Shown here piece by piece: positions 18,907 to 26,782 of a stretch of DNA of 64,000 nt. Each line of letters starts with the position of its first letter. The first letter of the stretch is position 1. The position numbers and the translations under genes are program-made. The notes below the pieces were generated by a model. It was not told the origin of the DNA. It did not search any database and saw only the letters and a list, made by a program, of their open reading frames with translations. Source of the stretch: Candidatus Uhrbacteria bacterium (GTDB lineage Bacteria; Patescibacteriota; Patescibacteriia; UBA9934); contig JABHCP010000015.1 of NCBI GenBank assembly GCA_018673485.1, positions 25,529-89,528 on the forward strand, read 5' to 3'.

Positions 18907-20055
18907 CTTGGAAAAGCATGAAGCGCGTAGACGAGTGTCGTACGCGCTTCTTACGAGGAGGGAGTCAGACGAAGCCCTCCTTGAGAATGTGGCCCATGTT
19001 ACCTCCGTGAGGTTAGAGGCCTGATTGTTTGGCAAATGCCATGCTCGCTTACCAGTCGTGTGACTGCGAGCGTTGGGTTTTGACGAGATTGATTACCGAG
19101 GCCCTCGTCATCTGGCCCCATATCGCGCATGATGCACCTCCTTGAAGGGGCCTAGCGATTTCATTGCAGCGCATTACCTAGCGCTGCGTTAGGACAGATT
19201 ATCCGATCTGCACAGGGATCTAAGTTAACCGCGTTTTGTCTCTGGGTGGCCAAGGTTGACGTCTCATGGCGACCTTGCGGGGCGGTGCTTCTGCACCCGA
19301 GCCAGCATGATACTTTTACGCACACTTACTGTGCACCTGCTACCAACGCTGCAACGCTGATTCAGGGGGAGCTATACTGTACTCCGTGTTTCGAGAGATG
19401 GCGAGTCTCCCATTTTTCATCTTGGGCGCCTTACTTCCCTTAAGGTGTCCGAGACACCAAGTATCAGATGAGGTACTTGTGCGTTGTGGCCCTGGTAGGC
19501 CTTAACGACATATCTGTAACTTGAGTACTTGCAGTGACTCATGAAACAGTGAGGTCTCCGTACTAATTTCCATTTCTCAAAGAGTTGAGCCATTTGCCCG
19601 CAGGCATATGATTCTTCTTGGATTGGCCTAAATGTTGGTTTGGCCCCAAATGCCCGTTCGAGACATTCTTGAAAAATCCTACTATTAATACGTTCTTCTC
19701 TCGCATTGTCGACTGGCGCAGTGCCTCTATTCGAGGACTTCTTCACGCGTGGAACCAGTTACCGTGTTATCCCTTCCCAGGGCACGGCCTCCACACGCTG
19801 TTTAGTATTCATCTTCCATCGGGGGGTTGGGGAAGAACATCTCTTCCTCCTGTGTGAGTTGTTCTGGCGCCTTTTTATGCGCCGTGTATGTGCCTACATT
19901 TTTACGCCCCGTTTCATTGGGGTGGGTTTGAGGGTTGTTGTGGTACCTGCCTTGCGGCAGGTGCTTGCTGCCGGTTGGCCCGGGCGGGCCAGTTACGTGG
20001 CAGCTCCTCAACCGAAGTGCGAAGAATACATAATTCCTCTCCTCCTTGTGTAGGA
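18905..20055 (-). ncRNA. Candidate large structured RNA or micropeptide-encoding transcript
   Basis: Consensus promoter upstream, about 20 stem-loops, minus-strand GCAA and UGCG tetraloops, no convincing long ORF. Confidence 0.45.
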
Positions 20056-20060
20056 TGAAC

Positions 20061-20089
20061 AATATAGCACAAAAAAGACCTTTTGTCAA
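20061..20089 (-). promoter_or_regulatory. Near-consensus sigma70 promoter with extended -10
   Basis: TTGACA-17 nt ending TGc-TATATT on the minus strand. Confidence 0.85.
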
Positions 20090-20178
20090 GGTAAAGTGCT
20101 AATTTTCGCGCTAAAATTAGGTGCAAAACAAGGGCCGCTCCGGCCCAAAGGGCGGAGCGGAAGTGCTGTGTGGGCCAT

Positions 20179-20568
20179 CTAGACCATGAGTGTTTTGACT
20201 GCCTCGACGATCTCTGGGAGAGATGAGTCGCCGGCAATGAAGGCTTTGGTTGCGTGACGCGCAACAAGCTCCATGCCAGCAGGATCACATCGGTCTGAGG
20301 CGATGAAGATGGGGATGTCGATCTCCATCACTCGGAGTGCAGCAGCAATGATGACACCAGCTTCGCCACGTACGTCGTGATGAATGTTTTCGCATTCGGT
20401 GAACATCATTCGTGTGATGATGAGGCCGGGTTGTGGGATTTGGAGTATCGCCTGTATACCTGCATAGGGGTTGAATGCCACCATGACTTCAGTGCCTTCG
20501 ATGGTGTCAATGTGGTGCTCAAGGCTTTCACGCCAGGGCAGATTCGAGGCGATGATAAGGATGCGCAT
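20179..20568 (-). CDS. Stand-alone degenerate receiver (REC-like) domain protein
   Basis: MRILII, P-x-LIIT-x-M, G...IPIFIAS, AFI layout; acidic pocket, phospho-Asp and Lys not conserved; GGAGG SD. Confidence 0.7.
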   Translation of the reverse strand: MRILIIASNLPWRESLEHHIDTIEGTEVMVAFNPYAGIQAILQIPQPGLIITRMMFTECENIHHDVRGEAGVIIAAALRVMEIDIPIFIASDRCDPAGMELVARHATKAFIAGDSSLPEIVEAVKTLMV

Positions 20569-20634
20569 GGATTCCTCCAGGAGTAGGTTGTACGCAGATG
20601 AATTTAATCATCGACAATGTTTCTTGTCAATCAC

Positions 20635-20737
20635 AAAACCGCATCCATATCATCATCCTGAACGAGGCCGATAGGCCGATGGGGGATCTTTTGAGAAGAT
20701 TTCTCCCTGCGGTTGAATGGTAGGAGAATGCGGTTTT
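20635..20737. repeat. Family A palindrome nested inside terminator arms
   Basis: AAAACCGCAT / ATGCGGTTTT enclose tcatcctgaacgaggccgataggccgatgggggatct...agatttctcc. Confidence 0.65.
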
Positions 20738-20744
20738 TGTTTTC

Positions 20745-20784
20745 TGACTTCACATAAGGTCCGATCGGACCTTATGTGAAGTCA
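20745..20784. repeat. Perfect 40-bp palindrome
   Basis: TGACTTCACATAAGGTCCGA|TCGGACCTTATGTGAAGTCA. Confidence 0.95.
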
Positions 20785-20788
20785 TTGA

Positions 20789-21442
20789 TTAGAGTGAAAA
20801 TTTGTCTTTTAGGGCTTGTAGGTTTCCTCTTGTGAGTAGGTCTCGTTCTTCAGATTTATCAACTTTATATTTTGGTTCACCTGAGTTTGAGTATTTCGCT
20901 TCTGACAGCCCGTGCATTTGTGCTTCTTCACTCGTGAGAGGTTCGGACAACTCTTCGAAAATCACCTGGCAGATTCGTTCACCTGGGAAGATTCGTAGTA
21001 CTTGGTTTCCAGCCTCGTTTTTCATTGGGAATATCAAGTTGCCGTTATATCCGGTGTCGATGATTCCTGAGAGTGATAGGTTTATTCCTCTTCGGTTCGT
21101 GGAAGTTCGGGGGAAGAGGATTGCCATAAGGTCAGGCGCGTTCATTTCGATTCGTTCAAGACTTGTTGCTATAACGAATTCGTTTGGAAGAAGATCGAAA
21201 TATTGTCCGGGCTTGAGGGTTACTTCATCAAACTGTTCAGAGTGAATGTCGGTATCTTCTATTGAAACTTTGAGAGCTGCACGACCTTTTTCGGTTATGG
21301 TCCAGTTTTTTGGAATCAAGAACTTATATCCGAGCCTCAAATCAATAGCGTGTGGTTGCAATTGGAAATGATCGAGTCCTGGATCAAAAACGATATCATT
21401 GGATTTGATCCGTTCTAAAATTGCTTTTCGCGTTAAAATCAT
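20789..21442 (-). CDS. dcd: dCTP deaminase family protein lacking the catalytic Glu
   Basis: QLQPHAIDLRLG, RTSTNRRG, IDTGYNGNLIFPM (canonical IDPG-x-x-G-x-x-x-LE), RICQ, KY. Confidence 0.8.
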   Translation of the reverse strand: MILTRKAILERIKSNDIVFDPGLDHFQLQPHAIDLRLGYKFLIPKNWTITEKGRAALKVSIEDTDIHSEQFDEVTLKPGQYFDLLPNEFVIATSLERIEMNAPDLMAILFPRTSTNRRGINLSLSGIIDTGYNGNLIFPMKNEAGNQVLRIFPGERICQVIFEELSEPLTSEEAQMHGLSEAKYSNSGEPKYKVDKSEERDLLTRGNLQALKDKFSL

Positions 21443-21498
21443 ATGCCAATAGATTATCATATTGAGCGATTTGCCTCCAGGTGCGAGAACACCGCAGC

Positions 21499-21795
21499 TC
21501 AAGTGTTGCGGTGTAGTGAGGCGTTGAGCCACGTTTGACGTAATACGCGTCGTATTTGTTCGAGCGAGAGAACTTCGGGGCGCGTATTGCCAATCCGCAC
21601 ACAGACCATGATGACGCCGGCGCGTACCCAGGAGCAGGGGATTGAGCGTGAGCGCATGAAAAGCTCTAGCTGATTTGGCGTTGGAAGCGTAGCCGCGTTT
21701 ATAGAGATTGTGATGCAATACTCTGTTTGATAACCGTGGAGCTCCATTAGGCGTTCACGGTCAATATTGCTCAAATCTCGAAGCGTGATGCCCAT
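21499..21795 (-). CDS. Hypothetical protein (orphan)
   Basis: 98-aa ORF with AGGAG SD, fills the rplA-dcd gap. Confidence 0.5.
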   Translation of the reverse strand: MGITLRDLSNIDRERLMELHGYQTEYCITISINAATLPTPNQLELFMRSRSIPCSWVRAGVIMVCVRIGNTRPEVLSLEQIRRVLRQTWLNASLHRNT

Positions 21796-21892
21796 AGGGC
21801 TCTCCTGTGCAAAGGTTGGACATTCACCTTAGCAGATTTATAGGAAACACAAAACCGCCCTTACGAGCGGTTTATTTGTTTCGTGTTTTCGA

Positions 21893-22591
21893 TTACAGAC
21901 TTCCAGTATCAAGTTTGATTGCTGGCCCCATTGTTGAGGTGAGCGTTGCAGACTTTATGAATGTTCCTTTTGTTTTTGCAGGTCGAGCTTTTTTGATGGC
22001 CTCGATTGCAGTCTGAGCATTCTCCATGATCTTAGTCTCATCAAATGAGATCTTTGCCACGGTCATGTGGATGTTTGATGTGTTGTCGTTTTTGAATGAT
22101 ACTTTTCCAGCTTTCTGTTCTTTAATCATTTTCTCCACGTTTGTACCAACAGTATCAGTCTTTGGGTTTGGCATTAGTCCACGTGGCCCTAGGATACGTG
22201 CTGCTTTTGCAAGCTTGGCCATCATAGTTGGTACCGCTACTGCAACGTCGAAGTTTATTTCACCTTTTTGGATGATCTGCGCGATTACCTCTTCTGTTCC
22301 TACAATGTCTGCTCCTGCATCTTTTGCAACGGTTTCATTAGCTGAGTCTACGAACGCAATCACTCGTACTTTCTTACCACTTCCATGAGGAAGGGTGATG
22401 GTTGGTCGAATCTGTTGTTCAGATTGCTTTGGATCGATTCCTAGCAACATGTGGATCTCTACAGATTCATCAAACTTTGCATTTGCTACTTCCTTGAGTA
22501 ATGTAATCGCTTCATCTAACTTGTAGTTTTTAGTCTTATCAACTTTACTTACAGCTTCAACGAAGCGTTTGCTTGTTTTTTGTTTTTTCAT
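21893..22591 (-). CDS. rplA: 50S ribosomal protein L1
   Basis: KFDESVE, LPHGSGK, LGPRGLMPNPK, STMGP. Confidence 0.98.
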   Translation of the reverse strand: MKKQKTSKRFVEAVSKVDKTKNYKLDEAITLLKEVANAKFDESVEIHMLLGIDPKQSEQQIRPTITLPHGSGKKVRVIAFVDSANETVAKDAGADIVGTEEVIAQIIQKGEINFDVAVAVPTMMAKLAKAARILGPRGLMPNPKTDTVGTNVEKMIKEQKAGKVSFKNDNTSNIHMTVAKISFDETKIMENAQTAIEAIKKARPAKTKGTFIKSATLTSTMGPAIKLDTGSL

Positions 22592-22601
22592 ATTTGCTTT
22601 A

Positions 22602-22630
22602 GTGGTATTAGCGCCAGTTCAGGCTCCCAC
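22602..22630 (-). promoter_or_regulatory. L1-binding autoregulatory RNA leader
   Basis: GUGGGAGCC-ugaacu-GGCGCUAAUACCAC directly upstream of rplA; matches the known L1 operator architecture. Confidence 0.8.
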
Positions 22631-22639
22631 GATTATTAT

Positions 22640-23023
22640 TTATTTTTTGATCAGATTTTTCCAATCTCGATATACGATTCTGAAGTGAATCAGGAATAGT
22701 GGCAGAGCAATGAGTATTAGTGATAGGTTGCGCACCGCATCACTAGCCTTGGTTCGGTGATAATTATCAATTGATTCTTGATTGTAAGTTTCGCACTCTG
22801 CAAGGATCTCTTCACTTGTAAGCCCCTCGTCTTCATACATATATTTTGCTGAGCGAGTCTCTGAACAGCTTTGCAACCATTCTGGTGTATCTGCTGCAGG
22901 GAAGACGTAAGTCTTTAACCCCATGTTGAGCAGGTCAGCTGTGCCGAACATTAGTGTGAAGAATGTTACTGCCGCTACAACTGCGAAGTACAATCTAATA
23001 ATAAATGAACTTGCCTCCTTCAT
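22640..23023 (-). CDS. Two-TM membrane protein (DUF5671-like) between rplK and rplA
   Basis: IRLYFAVV...LIALPLFLIHF pattern. Confidence 0.75.
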   Translation of the reverse strand: MKEASSFIIRLYFAVVAAVTFFTLMFGTADLLNMGLKTYVFPAADTPEWLQSCSETRSAKYMYEDEGLTSEEILAECETYNQESIDNYHRTKASDAVRNLSLILIALPLFLIHFRIVYRDWKNLIKK

Positions 23024-23043
23024 ATATTGATAATTATTTTTGA

Positions 23044-23466
23044 TTACTTGATATCTACTCCCATCTGTCGACATGTTCCAGCAACAATGTTCATTGCCAT
23101 CTCAACGTCATCAGTATTAAGGTCGGGAATTTTCACCTCAGCGATTTCTGCAAGCTGAGCTTTTGTGATTGAACCAATTTTTTCAGTATTTGGCTTTCCA
23201 GAACCCTTTTTAATTCCAGCTGCTTTTTTGATTAGTTCTGCAGTTGGAGCGGTCTTGAGCTCAAAGCTATATGATCGATCTTCATAGATTGTAAGCACTG
23301 CTGGAACAACTTCACCGCGACGATCTTGTGTTGCGTTGTTAAAGTCATTTACGAACTGTGCAATGTTTACACCATGCTGTGATAGTGCTGGTCCAAGAGG
23401 AGGCGCCGGAGTTGCAGCCCCTCCCATTGCCTGAACCTTCATTACTGTAAGGATTTTTTTTGCCAT
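23044..23466 (-). CDS. rplK: 50S ribosomal protein L11
   Basis: ATPAPPLGPAL, FN-x-x-T, K-x-PDLN, GT-x-x-x-MGV. Confidence 0.98.
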   Translation of the reverse strand: MAKKILTVMKVQAMGGAATPAPPLGPALSQHGVNIAQFVNDFNNATQDRRGEVVPAVLTIYEDRSYSFELKTAPTAELIKKAAGIKKGSGKPNTEKIGSITKAQLAEIAEVKIPDLNTDDVEMAMNIVAGTCRQMGVDIK

Positions 23467-23529
23467 ACATTTAGTATTTAAGTAGATTCCCGCAATTGCG
23501 AGCAACTACTGTATGAATAAGTGCCGTAA

Positions 23530-23558
23530 GTGTGCCAGAATTGCACTTTTGTGTCAAG
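23530..23558 (-). promoter_or_regulatory. Putative rplK promoter
   Basis: TTGACA-17 nt ending TGg-CACACT. Confidence 0.6.
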
Positions 23559-23562
23559 ATTA

Positions 23563-23822
23563 GCGGTTTAACTGCGCTGGAGGTGTTTCACCCTCCAGAC
23601 CTCCTGACATACTTTCTTTGTTGGCTCAAAGAAAGTATGCAAAGCCATGGCGGAGCCAGGTCCGGCTCCGCCGGAAAAGAGCCCTGTCAGGGCGTCCCAC
23701 GGCCGAACAGAATGCCGCGGCCTGCAGTCAATGTTTTTGGGTGACTATGAATGGACTGATTGCCAGTTCGGTCGGCAGGCTCCCTCTCAGACGGAGTGGT
23801 TTGACAATGAATGGACGGGGGC
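23563..23822. other. Multi-hairpin non-coding element of unknown type
   Basis: Hairpins CTGGAGG/CCTCCAG, CATACTTTCTTT/AAAGAAAGTATG, GGCGGAGCC/GGCTCCGCC; direct repeat TGACwATGAATGGAC twice. Confidence 0.5.
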
Positions 23823-23882
23823 TAACTACTTAAACATTGACGGGGGACTGAGAGGGGAAGATGGGGTATGATATTTGATTAG

Positions 23883-23910
23883 TAGGCCTAGCTTTATAAA
23901 GCCAGGCCTA
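23883..23910. repeat. Family C palindrome
   Basis: taggcctagctttataaagccaggccta. Confidence 0.7.
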
Positions 23911-24012
23911 GGGTCATGCTTATCAAAAAAAGCGGAATCCCCGACCAGTTGATCGGGGCACGGGGCTGTGGATAGAGGTTGAACATCTGTCCACAGGACG
24001 GATTGAGTTGTA

Positions 24013-24402
24013 TCAGGGGCCCTCGGGCTCGTCGGGTTCAGGTTTATCGACCTCAGGTGCCGGGTCGAAGCCATTGTCGAGCTCACGGATCTTGTGTTCA
24101 AGCCATGACACAACGGCACCAGGATCTCTCCTATGTTCCAAGTTGATGATGACGGTGCGCATCTGATCAAGCGCGTAGTTGAGCTGGCGTGCGAGCTTGC
24201 GCTCGCTGGCGGAGGGGACGGTCAGATTCGAGGTCTTGCATCGCTGCTTCTTGATCGTTTTACCACCCAACAGTAGACCGAAAGTAAACAGACACATAGG
24301 GCCTATTAGGTGTGCCATGTCGGGCATTTCCGGCTTGAAGATGGTGTTGAGCAGGGAAGCGAATGCAATTGCGATAAGAACGAGGATTTGAACAAGGATC
24401 AT
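24013..24402 (-). CDS. Hypothetical two-TM protein (GC-rich orphan)
   Basis: Hydrophobic N-terminus, GAGG SD, own TTGACA-17-TAACTT promoter (-35 at 24482-24487). Confidence 0.65.
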   Translation of the reverse strand: MILVQILVLIAIAFASLLNTIFKPEMPDMAHLIGPMCLFTFGLLLGGKTIKKQRCKTSNLTVPSASERKLARQLNYALDQMRTVIINLEHRRDPGAVVSWLEHKIRELDNGFDPAPEVDKPEPDEPEGP

Positions 24403-24493
24403 GCTTGCCTCATGTGATATGGAATGAACAGATACACTCGGGAATGAGCGGTAAGTTAAAGTTAGATTGATAGAGGGGGATTGTCAAGTTGAC

Positions 24494-24529
24494 GGCAACC
24501 TCCCCTAGCCCCTCCTTGGGAAGGAGGGG
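24494..24529. repeat. Family B REP-like element (GGCAACC...CCCCTCCTT/AAGGAGGGG)
   Basis: Related copies at 49313-49419 (pair), 53667-53700 and 58234-58289. Confidence 0.8.
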
Positions 24530-24546
24530 AATCGAGAAGTGAAACC

Positions 24547-24578
24547 AAAAGACCGAGCTGTGAGGCTCGGTCATTTTT
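24547..24578. terminator. Terminator after nusG
   Basis: aaaaGACCGAGC-tgtgag-GCTCGGTC-atttt. Confidence 0.8.
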
Positions 24579-24592
24579 ATTTGTGTTCTGTT

Positions 24593-25138
24593 CTAGGTTT
24601 TCTTCACCTGCAAGAAGTCAAGCTCCACAGGGGTCTCTCGTCCAAACATGGAAACAAGGACTTTAACCTTTCCACGTTGTTCGTCGATTTCTGAGATTTT
24701 ACCTTGCTGACCTTTGAATGGCCCGTCTGTAATAACCACTGGATCATTTTTCTGAATATCAAATGTAAATTCTGGCTCGTCAACTCCCATTCGTTTCATT
24801 AGGGCATCAATCTCTTCTTGAGCAATTGGGGTTGGAGTTGTTCCAGTTCCAATAAATCCTGTTACGTTTGGTGTGTTCCGGACACAGTACCAAGAGTCGT
24901 CTGTTACGATCATTTCTACAAGTACGTAACCGGGGAAGATCTTCTCTTCTACAATTCGTCGTTTTCCGTTTTTGATTTTAATCTTCTTTTCTTTTGGAAC
25001 CAGGATTGCAAAAATCTTCTCGTCCATGTCCATTGTATCTACACGCTGCTCAAGGTTTTCGTATACGTTCTCTTCGTAACCTGAGTATGTATGGATTGCG
25101 TACCAGCGCCTTCCATAGTTCGCGGTTTGTTTAGCCAT
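24593..25138 (-). CDS. nusG: Transcription elongation factor NusG
   Basis: WYAIHTYSGYE, FPGYVLVEM, KOW motif DGPF, FGRETPVEL. Confidence 0.98.
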   Translation of the reverse strand: MAKQTANYGRRWYAIHTYSGYEENVYENLEQRVDTMDMDEKIFAILVPKEKKIKIKNGKRRIVEEKIFPGYVLVEMIVTDDSWYCVRNTPNVTGFIGTGTTPTPIAQEEIDALMKRMGVDEPEFTFDIQKNDPVVITDGPFKGQQGKISEIDEQRGKVKVLVSMFGRETPVELDFLQVKKT

Positions 25139-25141
25139 AGA

Positions 25142-25351
25142 TTATGAAGTTAGGTAAATTAGACCTTCAAGACCAAGATTTAGAATGTAATCAAGAACTC
25201 CAAAGTATACAGCCAAAGCCACTACAAAGATCACAACGATGATTGAGTATCGAGTGGTCTGTTGCTGTGTTGGCCAAGCAACCTTCTCAAGCTCTTGTTT
25301 TGACTCGCGCAAATACTTAACGAGTTTGTTGTTTGTTAGAAAGTTTGTCAT
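25142..25351 (-). CDS. secE: Preprotein translocase SecE
   Basis: EL-x-KV-x-WPT plus one TM helix, upstream of nusG. Confidence 0.95.
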   Translation of the reverse strand: MTNFLTNNKLVKYLRESKQELEKVAWPTQQQTTRYSIIVVIFVVALAVYFGVLDYILNLGLEGLIYLTS

Positions 25352-25483
25352 ATTATTTAAGTTTTTTAAAAAGCCCTTCCGGGCCGTCTGTGGAAAGAAT
25401 ACTAAGATTCGCGTGGTGTGTCAAGTGCTAAATAGCGAAGACCCGACGCCGATGCGCCGGGAGGAGTAGAGGTTGGCTGATTG

Positions 25484-25906
25484 CTAGCCGTCATTTTGGT
25501 AGACGGTGTACACCAGGTAACAATCGCCGGTCTGATCATGGATCTTTTCTTCAACCGCGACATCGAGCTCAGATCCATAGTAGAGGTCAGTGAACAAAAT
25601 GGTAAGGTTGGCAGACTCACAGATCGAGTGAATTTCGGTATCGGCGGCGGTGGAGCTGTGGAGCCAGCCACTGATTTCGACGTCAGCTTCACGAATTTCG
25701 CATGCGAACTTTAGGTTTGAGACGCCTCCACTCTCGATGTAGGCGTAGTTGGTGTTGCTCAAACCTGTGACATTAAGACGCAGGTAGTAGGAACTCCACT
25801 CTTCGTCTGGAGCAAGCTCGACTGTGAACAGTGTGTGGTCTGGGGGGTCGTTGCATCCCAGGATGATCGACACGAAGAGGATGTATAGTGTGCCGTGATG
25901 ACGCAT
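25484..25906 (-). CDS. Hypothetical lipoprotein (GC-rich orphan)
   Basis: Signal peptide ending ILGC; GGAGG SD. Confidence 0.65.
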   Translation of the reverse strand: MRHHGTLYILFVSIILGCNDPPDHTLFTVELAPDEEWSSYYLRLNVTGLSNTNYAYIESGGVSNLKFACEIREADVEISGWLHSSTAADTEIHSICESANLTILFTDLYYGSELDVAVEEKIHDQTGDCYLVYTVYQNDG

Positions 25907-26041
25907 GGTGCCTCCAGCCATACTTTGCGTCATTTGATTATGCGCAAGAGTCTAGTTTTGTTTTAGCACATTGTGATTATAAAAGCGAGGACCCCCGTTC
26001 CGGAGAACGGGGGTCGAGGCGTTCGAGCAGAGCGAGGTCTG

Positions 26042-26725
26042 CTAGATGCGCAGGAGTTCCACCTTCACGATGGCCGTGAGGGTGCCCTGGTCGGTGACGT
26101 CGAGGATCGGGCAGTAGCCGCTGCCTTCGAGAGTCGTGAGCTTGTTGGTCACGGCCATGTACGTACCGTTGTCCTGGACTTCGCAGGAGACTCCGATCCA
26201 GTCCGAGCCGTCGTCGAGCTTGGCCTGGTAGGTGCCGTTGACGAAGCTGTGGCCAGACAGCAGTGGCAGGACCGTGAGGCCGTCATGGTCGGGAGAGCTG
26301 TAGATCAGCGTGCTCTCGTAGGCGTACCAGGCGTTGGCACGTTCCCAGCAGGCCATGTCCGAGGCCTCGCGCAGGACGGGGTGCACATAGAGGATGTGCA
26401 CGTTGCCGATGGAATCCTGAGCAGTACAGGTGGCCGTGTCCGGCACCTGGGTCAGCGGGTAGGACTCCTCTGGGATCGTGGTGACGATGGTCAGGCTGCT
26501 GCCCTCGATCTCGCAGGTCAGGTAGTCCCAGTCGCTCTGGACTACGGTGTGCTCGTCGGGCTGTTCCGGGGTCGGGATGATGCCTTTCCAGCCGCGGAAG
26601 GTGATGGTCTGCTCGGTGCCTTCGAAGACGAGGGTCGGGCAGAGGTTGATGTCAATGTGGCGCTTGCGCACCTCAGCCTGGGCGGAGGAGGCGAACACGA
26701 TGGTGAACAGGATGAAGGCCTTCAT
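26042..26725 (-). CDS. Hypothetical secreted Cys-containing protein (GC-rich orphan)
   Basis: Signal peptide ending AQA; strong GC3 bias on this strand; terminator hairpin at about 25989-26015. Confidence 0.7.
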   Translation of the reverse strand: MKAFILFTIVFASSAQAEVRKRHIDINLCPTLVFEGTEQTITFRGWKGIIPTPEQPDEHTVVQSDWDYLTCEIEGSSLTIVTTIPEESYPLTQVPDTATCTAQDSIGNVHILYVHPVLREASDMACWERANAWYAYESTLIYSSPDHDGLTVLPLLSGHSFVNGTYQAKLDDGSDWIGVSCEVQDNGTYMAVTNKLTTLEGSGYCPILDVTDQGTLTAIVKVELLRI

Positions 26726-26782
26726 GGTTCCTCTGAGACTTGTGTGTTGGGGTGGTTCGATGTTGATGAAGGAGCAGAAGGG

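Noticed and set aside
19246-19746. 65-aa plus ORF (with YCTPC) and 109-aa minus ORF inside the structured unit
   Set aside because: GTG starts without SD and no recognisable family; not excluded, but not supportable as CDS
18905-20055. RNase P RNA, tmRNA or group II intron
   Set aside because: No GAGGAAAGUCC core, no tRNA-like ends with CCA, and no domain V motif found by eye on either strand
21443-21718. N-terminal extension of the dcd-like ORF in the track
   Set aside because: Family similarity starts at MILTRK (21442); the extension overlaps an SD-led ORF and a hairpin
25352-25480. tRNA-Trp often found upstream of secE
   Set aside because: No cloverleaf or T-loop motif seen; only a promoter-like sequence and hairpins
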